A stretch of 63,931 nucleotides of DNA, filler included, from Stramenopiles sp. TOSAG23-3 (Eukaryota): the NCBI GenBank assembly GCA_900128585.1. It is 3 parts of 3 records of this genome, joined end to end, with 100 filler letters (N's around TTAATTAATTAA, not from the genome) between each part and the next. Parts side by side here need not be neighbours in the genome. Positions count along the whole stretch, not along the records: positions 43,299 to 63,931 come from LT642370.1; 2 more parts are not named here. One strand, 5' to 3'. The translations under genes were made by a program, and so were the position numbers. Below the pieces are notes generated by a model, which saw only the letters and a list, made by a program, of their open reading frames with translations, made no database searches and was not told where the DNA came from. Positions 55,330-63,931 of this stretch are shown here, piece after piece. Each line of letters opens with the position of its first letter. Position 1 is the stretch's first letter.

Positions 55330-58300
55330 ATGCCAGTGGTACCAAAATCGGCGTCTCGGTCGTCCCATGTGACATTGGAGGAATTGGAAATGAAACGGAA
55401 CAATCAAACGGAATCGGAGGAGGAAGAAAACGATGGCGCGGGGTTAAAAGTTCCCCGGTCCCTCCAGTCAGCGAAGAAAGGGGCAAAGCACAAAAAAGAG
55501 AAAAAGGCACGAAAGAAAAAGAAAAAGGAACCGGCGGTGAGGAAACGAGAGCTTAAGTTGTACTATGACCCACGAGAGCTGGCCCGTTCGGAAAGTTTTA
55601 ACGAATGTCGGTTATGTTTGGACCCAGGGGTGTTGCGAACGTGTTGCGGAAACTTTTACTGTAACAAATGTTTTTACCGTGGGACCCTTTGCCCGAGCTG
55701 TGGGACGGACGTGAATGCGATGGTGAGCATTTCGAAGGACGATACGGACCCCAGCAAAAACCAGTACGGTTTCATGCCGCTTCACATTCTGGCAAAGGGG
55801 CTGTTTGCCAAAGCCCTGGTTTACGGCGTCCTCCTCGGCATTCCGATCATGTTGCTGTACGGATTCATCGGTAAGCCGATCGAAACCATCCATGGGTTTC
55901 AGTGCCATGGGATTTTCCCCTCGTGTGATTTGGAGCTCTGCACGGACTTTCACACGCACGTGTACAACCATACCCGTTGGCACAACAAGACGGAGGGATG
56001 GTGCACGAAAGGGACGACGCATTGCCTGTGTTCGTTGGCCTGCATTTACGACCCTATCCTGTACTCCCGTACCGAAGGGCGCCTTGGCGCGGATTACTGC
56101 GCCCCGACGTTCAACAGCTGGGCCATTGCGATGCAGGATCATTTTGACAAACCACTCTTTACGGGGAAGGTCCTCGACAGTGGGCGTAGGGAACAAATGC
56201 CGACCACGGCGGAGCGGTGGGAGTTGATTGACAACGGGGTCGACGAGACGTTCTGCAAAGCTTGGTCCGGGAACGGTTCGTTGGTATTTGGGGGAGAGGT
56301 CGTCCATAGAAAAATAATCACCGCCCCTATGGACTTGAGGTACGGGGTTCGGGTGGACTACCGGTTGAAGTACGGAAGCGATGAGACGTGCCTAAAGTGC
56401 TGCCGGGCCTTGTTTAGCCCTGGCACCGTCAGCTTGTTCTTCTCCAACAACAACGGGCCGTGGCAGGCCATACGAACCTACGGGATACACTCTTACAAAT
56501 TCGGAAAGTTCGAGTTCGTCCGGGAAATGCTACCTGCGGCCCGTTTGTCGTCGCACGTCCGGTTCATGTGGATCCAGGCCCGGTTTACGATGCACCGGGA
56601 CTGGTGGGCCCTGGACAATGTCACGATAGAGGGCAACGCCCTTCCCGGGAACTGGGAGTCGATGGAATCTTGGTTAACAACAAAAGCACAAGCACAGAAG
56701 GAAATGATGTTTGCGCAGTGTTGTTTCGGCACCGATTACTGCAACATTCGGAGAACATTGACCCGCTTTGAGAAGGCAGCGTGTGGCCGGGCGCACCCAG
56801 AGTACGATGCCTCCCTCCCCTCTAGGCTCGACGACGGCGCGTACGCGGTCGTTGGGGCAGTGTTTATCTTTCTTTGCCGAATAATTTGGGAAGAGTCTCA
56901 GATGCGGTGCCGGTGCATGCGCACCCACGGTCGACGGTGCCGACGAAAGTATTGTTTCTGCTTTCAATGCTGCCATTTTGAAGGGTTTGATGACCCGTAC
57001 CAAGTAGAGAATGAATCGTCTGAAGCTCCTGCTGCGACCTCCACTCGATCTTCCGCCAAGGGCACCGAGGAGCATCCCGACAAAGAGGGAAACTCCAAAA
57101 TGGTGGAGCTCGTGGCATTGCAGACGAACGCCACCGATGATGTTGTAGAAAGTACGTACGTCTCGGAAGCCGCAACGGTGGACGCCCAAGGGGAGTCCAA
57201 GAAAGACCACGCGAACCGTGCTGGTGGAAGTGCCAAACGTATCGAAGACGTTGGGAGCGGCGGGGAGACGGACGCAGAGGAGGACGAGGGGGGTCACGGA
57301 GCACAGGTGGAAGAGGAGAACGAGGGAGAAGACGAAGACAAAATCACCGTTTCTTATTTGGATTTTCCAGGGGTGCGGCAACCTAAATTGCAGCAGTTGT
57401 TCCTCGTCGTTACTGTGCTGCCGTACGTCGCTGTTGCTCTCGCCACCCTGTTCGAGATGTGGTTCAACCGCCCAGGGGCCCTTGACACTCACGGGGACGC
57501 TGGCGACGGTGGCGTGCTCGGCGACATGTCGATAACGACCACCTTTGACTACGAACCAACGCCTTGGGTCCAGAAAAACGACTTTGAGACAAACCAGTAC
57601 CACAAGTTTCCGCACATTTTGGAACATTTTTCGATCGATTTGCTCGTTCCCAGGATCATCCTCCCTCTTATTGCAATTTTATTAGACTTTGAGCCGATCT
57701 GTCGGGCCGCAAGCGATGTTCGGCTGGACGCATACCTGTCGGATTTTCTACCCTCGGCGCTGCTGGCGTGCTTCATGTGCCGAAAACGGCGCTCGCACGA
57801 CATCGTCTACAAACTGGTGCACCACACATCACGGCGCTTAGACATCGAGTCTACTCTGGCCAGGGATAAATTAATCATTGACGGGAATTTTGACGACTTG
57901 CCGGGGGCTGCCGACGATAAGTTGCGCCCAAAAGGTATTATCCGGCTATCGAGGATAACGAATGTGTACGGTATCCCAAAGGAGGAAGTGAAAACGTTAA
58001 TTGGGGTGCTCCTTTTTACGCTGATTCCGTGGGGGTCTATTGCCGTTTTGGTGGCCAACAACACAATGAGGGCCCCCGGGCTCGCAGCCAGCATTTTGCT
58101 AGCCATTCGGACTGTGTGCGGCCACGTCGGCTTCGTCGACATAGTCATTGGTGTGCGACAGTTTGCCAGTTGGAGACCCTTGCGGTTTTACATGGTCGCA
58201 GAGCAAATGTTCACCAGATTGTGCATCAAGGTGAGCTTTTTGTGCGTTCTGTCTGGCGCCACCGCTGGGGCGTTGATCATCTTGTTCATGTGGGTCGGGG

Positions 58301-58599
58301 AGGCGCCGTCGGTGGAACTCTGGATACCAATTATGATTGTGGCGAGCGGGTCATTTTTAATTTTTGGATGGGGGCTTGGGTGTTCCCGAGTGTTTCCCGT
58401 CCGGCATGTGCTGAACCTAACCTGCATTGACACCGCGGTCGCCATTCGGTACAAAGAGACGGAGCGGTGTTGCTTTGATTGCGATTGCTGCGAGAACTGG
58501 GCGCTTGGACTGTGCAGCCAAGAAAAGGTTGCCGTGGTGTTCGTCGAGGATCCACAGGAGCTAGGCCGGTGGCTCCGTGCCGCCCAAATGCTCGAGTAA
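55330..58599 (+). CDS. Multi-TM protein with N-terminal RING-like zinc finger and a Reelin-subrepeat-like domain
   Basis: CRLC...CCGNFYCNKC...CPSC; TM segment; WELIDNG..FC..SGNGSLVFGG..RKIITAPMDL..RFMWIQ..WWALDNVTI; further TM helices. ATG 55330. Confidence 0.75.
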   Translation: MPVVPKSASRSSHVTLEELEMKRNNQTESEEEENDGAGLKVPRSLQSAKKGAKHKKEKKARKKKKKEPAVRKRELKLYYDPRELARSESFNECRLCLDPGVLRTCCGNFYCNKCFYRGTLCPSCGTDVNAMVSISKDDTDPSKNQYGFMPLHILAKGLFAKALVYGVLLGIPIMLLYGFIGKPIETIHGFQCHGIFPSCDLELCTDFHTHVYNHTRWHNKTEGWCTKGTTHCLCSLACIYDPILYSRTEGRLGADYCAPTFNSWAIAMQDHFDKPLFTGKVLDSGRREQMPTTAERWELIDNGVDETFCKAWSGNGSLVFGGEVVHRKIITAPMDLRYGVRVDYRLKYGSDETCLKCCRALFSPGTVSLFFSNNNGPWQAIRTYGIHSYKFGKFEFVREMLPAARLSSHVRFMWIQARFTMHRDWWALDNVTIEGNALPGNWESMESWLTTKAQAQKEMMFAQCCFGTDYCNIRRTLTRFEKAACGRAHPEYDASLPSRLDDGAYAVVGAVFIFLCRIIWEESQMRCRCMRTHGRRCRRKYCFCFQCCHFEGFDDPYQVENESSEAPAATSTRSSAKGTEEHPDKEGNSKMVELVALQTNATDDVVESTYVSEAATVDAQGESKKDHANRAGGSAKRIEDVGSGGETDAEEDEGGHGAQVEEENEGEDEDKITVSYLDFPGVRQPKLQQLFLVVTVLPYVAVALATLFEMWFNRPGALDTHGDAGDGGVLGDMSITTTFDYEPTPWVQKNDFETNQYHKFPHILEHFSIDLLVPRIILPLIAILLDFEPICRAASDVRLDAYLSDFLPSALLACFMCRKRRSHDIVYKLVHHTSRRLDIESTLARDKLIIDGNFDDLPGAADDKLRPKGIIRLSRITNVYGIPKEEVKTLIGVLLFTLIPWGSIAVLVANNTMRAPGLAASILLAIRTVCGHVGFVDIVIGVRQFASWRPLRFYMVAEQMFTRLCIKVSFLCVLSGATAGALIILFMWVGEAPSVELWIPIMIVASGSFLIFGWGLGCSRVFPVRHVLNLTCIDTAVAIRYKETERCCFDCDCCENWALGLCSQEKVAVVFVEDPQELGRWLRAAQMLE

Positions 58600-58863
58600 T
58601 TAGGGTGCACCGTTGTGGGGAGTGGAAAAATAAAAAATATACGTAACTTAATACGTTAAAACACACATTCTTTTTTATAAAATAAACAAATTGTGTACAC
58701 ACACAGCCTAGTATTTTGTTTTGTACACACACAGCCTTACAATCGTTTTCAAAAATATGTATGATACCCTCTCTGGTATCATAACATAACTTCTTTCGTA
58801 TCATATGTACCATTAAGCTTACACGTTTAAAACCACCCGACTAACCAAAAAAAAAGAGTGCCA

Positions 58864-61488
58864 TTACACGCGGTTTCGTTGCTTCTCTTTCCATATTTCG
58901 TATTTGCTCTTTTTCTTTTTGCCCTGGGCTACCACGTACACGGGGCGTGTGGTTTGCCCCCCATTTGCATCTGTGACGGTAATGTAAAGGTTGCAGCCGC
59001 CTGGCGATTCCCCACCGGTCACAGCGAACGATAGCATGCGTGATGTGTGAACAAGATGGTTCGAGGTCGTCGTCTGTATACTATTCTCGACCATTGCGAG
59101 TTTTATTGAATTCTGCGGAACGATCGTCCCCCGTTCCGTCTGCACGGTGATATCGACGGAGTCGTAGCCGGTTACCACTACAGGCAGCGGGTTGCCATGT
59201 GTGTTCTCCCCCCGCTCCACAACAATGTTCTTAATGTTGTCTTGGTTGGCAAAAGAAATGGTGGGGGGCGTTACAGCGACGAGTTTCAACGACTGCTTGG
59301 TACCCTGTGCCCCGTTCGCATCGGTCAGGTACATGTCGATCGTCGTCACTCCCGTCCCGACGGGCTTTACATTGATGACTATTCCGGTGGGATGCTCTGG
59401 GTCCTGGGTCAAATACGTACCGCCCTTTGCTGGGACAATAGCGCTGTCGCCGCCCGTGACGTGCATTTTCAACGGGGCAAACCCGTAGTAGCGAGGAATC
59501 AATTTTGTTTTGGTGTACCCGACCGTTGCAAAAAGGGTCCCCGCCTCCCCCTCGCCCTCGCGGAACGATGCCAGGTCCAAGCGTGGCAACGGCACGACGC
59601 GAATATGAAAGGCCTGCTCACGGACCGCGCCGTTGCCGTCTTGGGCGATGCCCCTGCACGCCACCGGCTCCCCCTGGACGTGCTGGAAGGCAGGGAAAGT
59701 GGCCGTGCCGTGGCGGTGCGTGACTCCGTTGGGATCTTCGTTCGAGGCCTCTTCGTACTCTATAGAGACGGCCTCCCCACCGCACTCGATGCTGCACTGT
59801 ACTGGCGCGTACCCCACGACGTGAAACTTGACTTTCTTCCTGTGGTTTACCGTAACAATTTGATCGACGCCCTCGAGCCCCACCGATTCGTCGGGGGACA
59901 CGGTCTCCATGGCGATCAGGGGTTCCGGAAGGACGTGCACATTCATTGTGGAGTGGAACGTCGCGCCATTCCCGTCCGTCACTTCGATTTGGTACTCTTT
60001 CCAGCCGGTTCGGTTCGACGGGGAGACTTTCATGAGCATGCTCGTCTGATCGTCGGAAAGCTGAAGGGCAACGGGGGGGAACAAGTCCACCCTTCCCCCG
60101 TACGGAACCGCCCTCAGCGCCAACGGGGGCACGCCGGACGCAGTGATCGATATGTTTCCCTCCTGGTGCGCGGTGAGGACGTAGTCCGCCATGTGAATGG
60201 CCCGCGGCTGCGGGGCGATGAACACGGAGAAGGGGCGTTCGACTACCTGTTTGTTCCCGTCCGACAGCCGTAGGATGAACTTTCGCTCCCCGGCCGAGGG
60301 GTAGTGAGAGAAACGGTCCGTTTCACTCGGCTGCCCGTGTACGAGCTGAACGATCTGAAACGGCCTCAAAAAATCACCGCACGGGGCATTGTCGACCTGC
60401 GCGACGACGTTCGCGTTTTCGTTGCCTCCGTCGGCCTGCGGGTCCGCCGCCAGCGCGCTCACAGCCATTAGGTACAGCGGTTCGACGCCGGAGACTTCCA
60501 CCTCAAACTCGGGTGCCTCGTGCCCTTGCGTGACGTAGATGTCTGGAATCTCGGGGAGGGCCAAGGTGGGCGGAAACGAGCACACCCTGGTGTCTTCTTC
60601 CCCGGGGCGCGCCTCCTGGCACGGGCCAGCGTGGTCCGTGCGGTGGGCCACGAGCTGCTCCTCCGAGAGCCGAAACTGCCGGGCCGGAGTCGAACGCCGG
60701 CCCGCCTCGTTGCCGCCCCCCATGCCCACCGCGCCGTCGGAAAAAATGTTCAACCGAATCTGGTCAAAAATGCTGTATTGCTTCAGACACTTGTCGCGGT
60801 GTACGCATTTCGGGACGATGAGGCCCCACCCAAGGTCCTCGATGCTGTTGTTGTACATGCACGGCATCGACGAGATGACGTTACGAAACTGCGCCGGTAT
60901 CTTGTCGACGAGCTCGACGTTCATCATGTCGTCGTCGGACATGCCCTCTTGTCTCCCCAGCGAGGTCAAGAAGGCACATGGCGAAATGATGCACGACCGT
61001 TGGTTGATGCACATCCGCTCGACGTACTCCCTGAACCTTCCCCTGTCGTTGCACTGGCCCTGCTGCAACGCAGACACGCTGGAGTCCACGGCCGTCCCCG
61101 CGGCGGCCTTTTCCAGGCATGCCCCCCTCATCCCCCCGAAGCTTGCAAACTCGACCTCGCACACCACGTGCTCCGCCGACGCGCATTCAAACTTTTTTGC
61201 CGTGGATTTAGACAAATCTTGGTGATGCTCGCACACGCATCCCCCCGCTTTGATTTCTTTTGTCGTGCACTTGGCAGATTCAAAGTAATTCCCATCCCAA
61301 GAGATGGTCGCTATGGTCGGCTTTTCCACAATACCCCGCCGCTCCTTTTGCCGTGCAATGTCTTTCCTTGAAAATGCAACCGACACTTCCGCACCCACAA
61401 ACCGACTGCCGTAAAGGACGACCATCGCACAGGCCATTGTCCATCCCATTCCCAAGACAGTCCAACCATTTCTACCATTGCACCTCAT
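58864..61488 (-). CDS. Secreted/surface protein: SUEL/galactose-binding lectin-like domain plus about 5 cadherin/Ig-like repeats
   Basis: Hydrophobic N-terminus; C..VEFASFG...C...VERMCINQRSC; about 95-aa repeats ending LSDGNK, VTDGNG, AQDGNG, LTDANG and VTDANG. Confidence 0.75.
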   Translation of the reverse strand: MRCNGRNGWTVLGMGWTMACAMVVLYGSRFVGAEVSVAFSRKDIARQKERRGIVEKPTIATISWDGNYFESAKCTTKEIKAGGCVCEHHQDLSKSTAKKFECASAEHVVCEVEFASFGGMRGACLEKAAAGTAVDSSVSALQQGQCNDRGRFREYVERMCINQRSCIISPCAFLTSLGRQEGMSDDDMMNVELVDKIPAQFRNVISSMPCMYNNSIEDLGWGLIVPKCVHRDKCLKQYSIFDQIRLNIFSDGAVGMGGGNEAGRRSTPARQFRLSEEQLVAHRTDHAGPCQEARPGEEDTRVCSFPPTLALPEIPDIYVTQGHEAPEFEVEVSGVEPLYLMAVSALAADPQADGGNENANVVAQVDNAPCGDFLRPFQIVQLVHGQPSETDRFSHYPSAGERKFILRLSDGNKQVVERPFSVFIAPQPRAIHMADYVLTAHQEGNISITASGVPPLALRAVPYGGRVDLFPPVALQLSDDQTSMLMKVSPSNRTGWKEYQIEVTDGNGATFHSTMNVHVLPEPLIAMETVSPDESVGLEGVDQIVTVNHRKKVKFHVVGYAPVQCSIECGGEAVSIEYEEASNEDPNGVTHRHGTATFPAFQHVQGEPVACRGIAQDGNGAVREQAFHIRVVPLPRLDLASFREGEGEAGTLFATVGYTKTKLIPRYYGFAPLKMHVTGGDSAIVPAKGGTYLTQDPEHPTGIVINVKPVGTGVTTIDMYLTDANGAQGTKQSLKLVAVTPPTISFANQDNIKNIVVERGENTHGNPLPVVVTGYDSVDITVQTERGTIVPQNSIKLAMVENSIQTTTSNHLVHTSRMLSFAVTGGESPGGCNLYITVTDANGGQTTRPVYVVAQGKKKKSKYEIWKEKQRNRV

Positions 61489-62780
61489 GCCTTTGCCAGT
61501 CCCACCGAAAGAATTGCTGGTTCTTTTACTACTACTACTACTACCCAGAGTTCAACCAAAAGAAACCACACGAGATCGTTTTCGTTCTATTTCAAACCAC
61601 AGATACTGGACGACTATCCCATCACACCACTTTTTATCTTCAAAAAGTCAAACAAACACTCATTCATTCCCTTTCCCTGCATCAACATTCTACACCCATT
61701 TCATTTCAATGCACATTTCCACCAATCAAATTTCAAAAAAATTCTTCAAAAAATTCTTCAAATCTTTTAAATGCTTTACTTCAAGACTACGAGTTAAGTA
61801 CAACCTTTTACCAACCATACTAAGCTTGAATAGCATCCAACATAAGCATTTTGATAGGGAGAACATGGCCATTTCAAAAATTGGCCAATTACAGCCGACC
61901 TGTACTTGTATTAACCTTTAGTATATAAATATCGAATAGGCAACACGGAAACTCATAATTTCGTTACACTCATAATTATGTATTTGTATGTTACCTTAGT
62001 ATACACTATATTGATAGGAATCGGAAGGCGAAACAATTCCTGAAATCGTACTTAGAAACGATGGAAGTATACGGAAAATAGATAGGAATCGAAAAAGAAA
62101 ATGAACCTGATTTAGTTGTACTTGTAATGTATCTAAGAATACGAATATGAATAGGAAAATAAACGTATGAATTCGTTCGAGTCGATAATTTAACGAATTT
62201 TCTTTCTTTGAACGAACAAAGTGAGAAACGTTTATAAAAGTTTGGGGAAAGGCTCTTCTATGCTATTGAGTGTATATATCATTTTGAAGAAGTTTGGATG
62301 GAAAATTGGGATGGACGGACTAATGTGAATGATGTGGCATGTAATTGTAGAAACAAATTCGTATTCTTTTATCAATCTGTTTTTAATTAAAGTTATAATA
62401 GAAAATAAGTGCCACAGGGAATGTTTTTGTGAATCTTTAACATACGATAGCATTGATTTTCTCGAAACATATTTTCTATATATCCTAACTTTTTTTCTCT
62501 TTTGTTTACGGAGTTAGGAAACGTTTCCTTTGAAATTTGAATAAAATCAAATTTTCAATCGAAACGAAAAAAGGAAACAGAATCAAATGAAAACAGAATC
62601 AAACGGAAAAGGAATCAAATTGAAATGAAATGAACACGTAACCCTTATGCAAAAAGAAAGAAAGAAAGGAAGAAAAGGCAACCATCCCAGCAAGCATCGA
62701 TAAATCCAATCGTACGTTTGTTCGTTCGCTCCCAGCCTTTCTTTACGAAGCATCGTTTTCGTTCTTAGTTCACTCAAACC

Positions 62781-63931
62781 ATGAAGGTCACGTCGGACCT
62801 GTTCCCACGGATTAAAATGGGATGTTTGTGCCGTGGCGGGGTAGTCGGGGATGGGAAAGGTTTTCGCTTCTCGCAGAAACGAAAATTTCTCCATTCCGTT
62901 TGCTTTTACCTTGTTTTTGTCTTGTCCACCCTGTTCGTTTCGAACGAGTCCGGCGGTTTCCCTTCCCTGTTTTTCTTGTCGTCGATTTTCTCTTTCCCCG
63001 GCCACCAGGACCAGGGGGCGACGGTTTTTGTTTCCGGTGGTGCGCATGGCGCCCGCCTTTTTAAAGCATGGACGGATCGGCATTGGTGCAGCTCGATCAT
63101 GAACCCGCACTGGCCGATGGCGTACGCAAAGAACAAAGGCCAATTGATGGAGTTCAAAGGCCGCGTGGCGTCGTCGATCCAGCACTTTGGCCACGAGTGC
63201 CGTCGTTTGGGGGTTAGCACGAAATGTTTCCAATGCGAGGGCATTCGGTGCGGGGCTCACATGAACGAAACCTGCGACTTTAGCATCCAAGGAATGGACT
63301 GGAAGGAGCTGCCCCAGAACATTCCGACCGTAAGCGACAGCCCTTGGGCCATTGGGGCGAGCTCGCGGTACAATTTCGGGGGGGGGACGCACATTTGCAC
63401 CATGCTCACGGGGGGAAAGTGCATCGAGCCGGACACGACTGAGAAGAAGTTTGAGAAGTGCTTCGTTCGCTGCTGGGGGTGGAATAGACGCGGGAAGATG
63501 GAAGTCATCCCGGACTCAAAGTTCGGCCAAAGGGTCACCGCCCCGAAAGGGGACCCGAAGACGGCGACGAACCCCCAAGGCCGTGTCCTGGTGTTGGGGG
63601 GCAACGGCCAGGCTGGGCTTCGAGACGGGCCCCTGAACCAGGCACAGTTCAACTCCCCGTCCGGCCTTACGATATGGCCGAAGAAGAAAATACTTTTTGT
63701 GGCCGACACCATGAACAATGTCATCCGAAAGGTGTTTCTGCCCGGGTGCACCGAGGGGCAGTCGGACGCGGTCGAAACGTACGCCGGGGACCCGGCGGGG
63801 GGGCGGGGGATCACCGATGGCCACAGGTTAAACAAGGCCCGGTTTGCGCGGCCAGAGGGCATCACGTTGTACGAGCGGAAGGACGGAACCCTCGTGCTGG
63901 TAGTGGCGGACACGGACAACCAGCGCATCCG
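62781..63931 (+). CDS. NHL-repeat protein with N-terminal hydrophobic segment; runs off the window end and is absent from the ORF track
   Basis: Manual translation from ATG 62781 stays open to the end: GNGQAGLRDGPLNQAQFNSPSGLTIWPKKKILFVADTMNNVIRKV and DGHRLNKARFARPEGITL...VVADTDNQRI. Confidence 0.85.
   Translation, partial: MKVTSDLFPRIKMGCLCRGGVVGDGKGFRFSQKRKFLHSVCFYLVFVLSTLFVSNESGGFPSLFFLSSIFSFPGHQDQGATVFVSGGAHGARLFKAWTDRHWCSSIMNPHWPMAYAKNKGQLMEFKGRVASSIQHFGHECRRLGVSTKCFQCEGIRCGAHMNETCDFSIQGMDWKELPQNIPTVSDSPWAIGASSRYNFGGGTHICTMLTGGKCIEPDTTEKKFEKCFVRCWGWNRRGKMEVIPDSKFGQRVTAPKGDPKTATNPQGRVLVLGGNGQAGLRDGPLNQAQFNSPSGLTIWPKKKILFVADTMNNVIRKVFLPGCTEGQSDAVETYAGDPAGGRGITDGHRLNKARFARPEGITLYERKDGTLVLVVADTDNQRI

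Noticed and set aside
130..63931. Stop-codon reassignment or readthrough
   Set aside because: TAA, TAG and TGA all terminate recognisable genes at expected positions, and gene breaks are frame changes rather than in-frame stops.

Overview
Gene-dense eukaryotic nuclear DNA from a unicellular protist. The gene content fits a heterotrophic stramenopile/SAR-type flagellate, but that is inference. About 25 essentially intronless genes in the standard code are separated by very AT-rich spacers with (AAG)n/(AAAG)n tracts. The window is three segments joined by artificial 100-bp N-TTAATTAATTAA-N linkers (21552-21651, 43199-43298). Housekeeping genes: SPT16, LST8, eIF2B-epsilon, RPL27A/uL15, eIF3e, Gemin2, SERINC and a FIG4/SAC phosphatase. 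Enzymes: GH31, GH16-like, GT25 and a class-V PLP enzyme. Unusual membrane/surface proteins: STRA6-like, CRD-like/multi-TM/LRR, EF-hand polycystin-2 with a PSI-like insert, WW-OSCA/TMEM63, RING+Reelin-like multi-TM, SUEL-lectin+cadherin-like repeats, saposin-like and an NHL-repeat protein. The most striking pattern is that five genes are broken by seven frame discontinuities, all repairable by deleting one base and six at long G/C homopolymers. A sequencing artefact is most likely, but +1 recoding is testable. No tRNA, rRNA, transposon or CRISPR is supported. A few non-coding candidates are flagged: a U3-like 5' motif, structured GC islands, a dispersed 25-bp repeat and an ATCGATCAATC motif.
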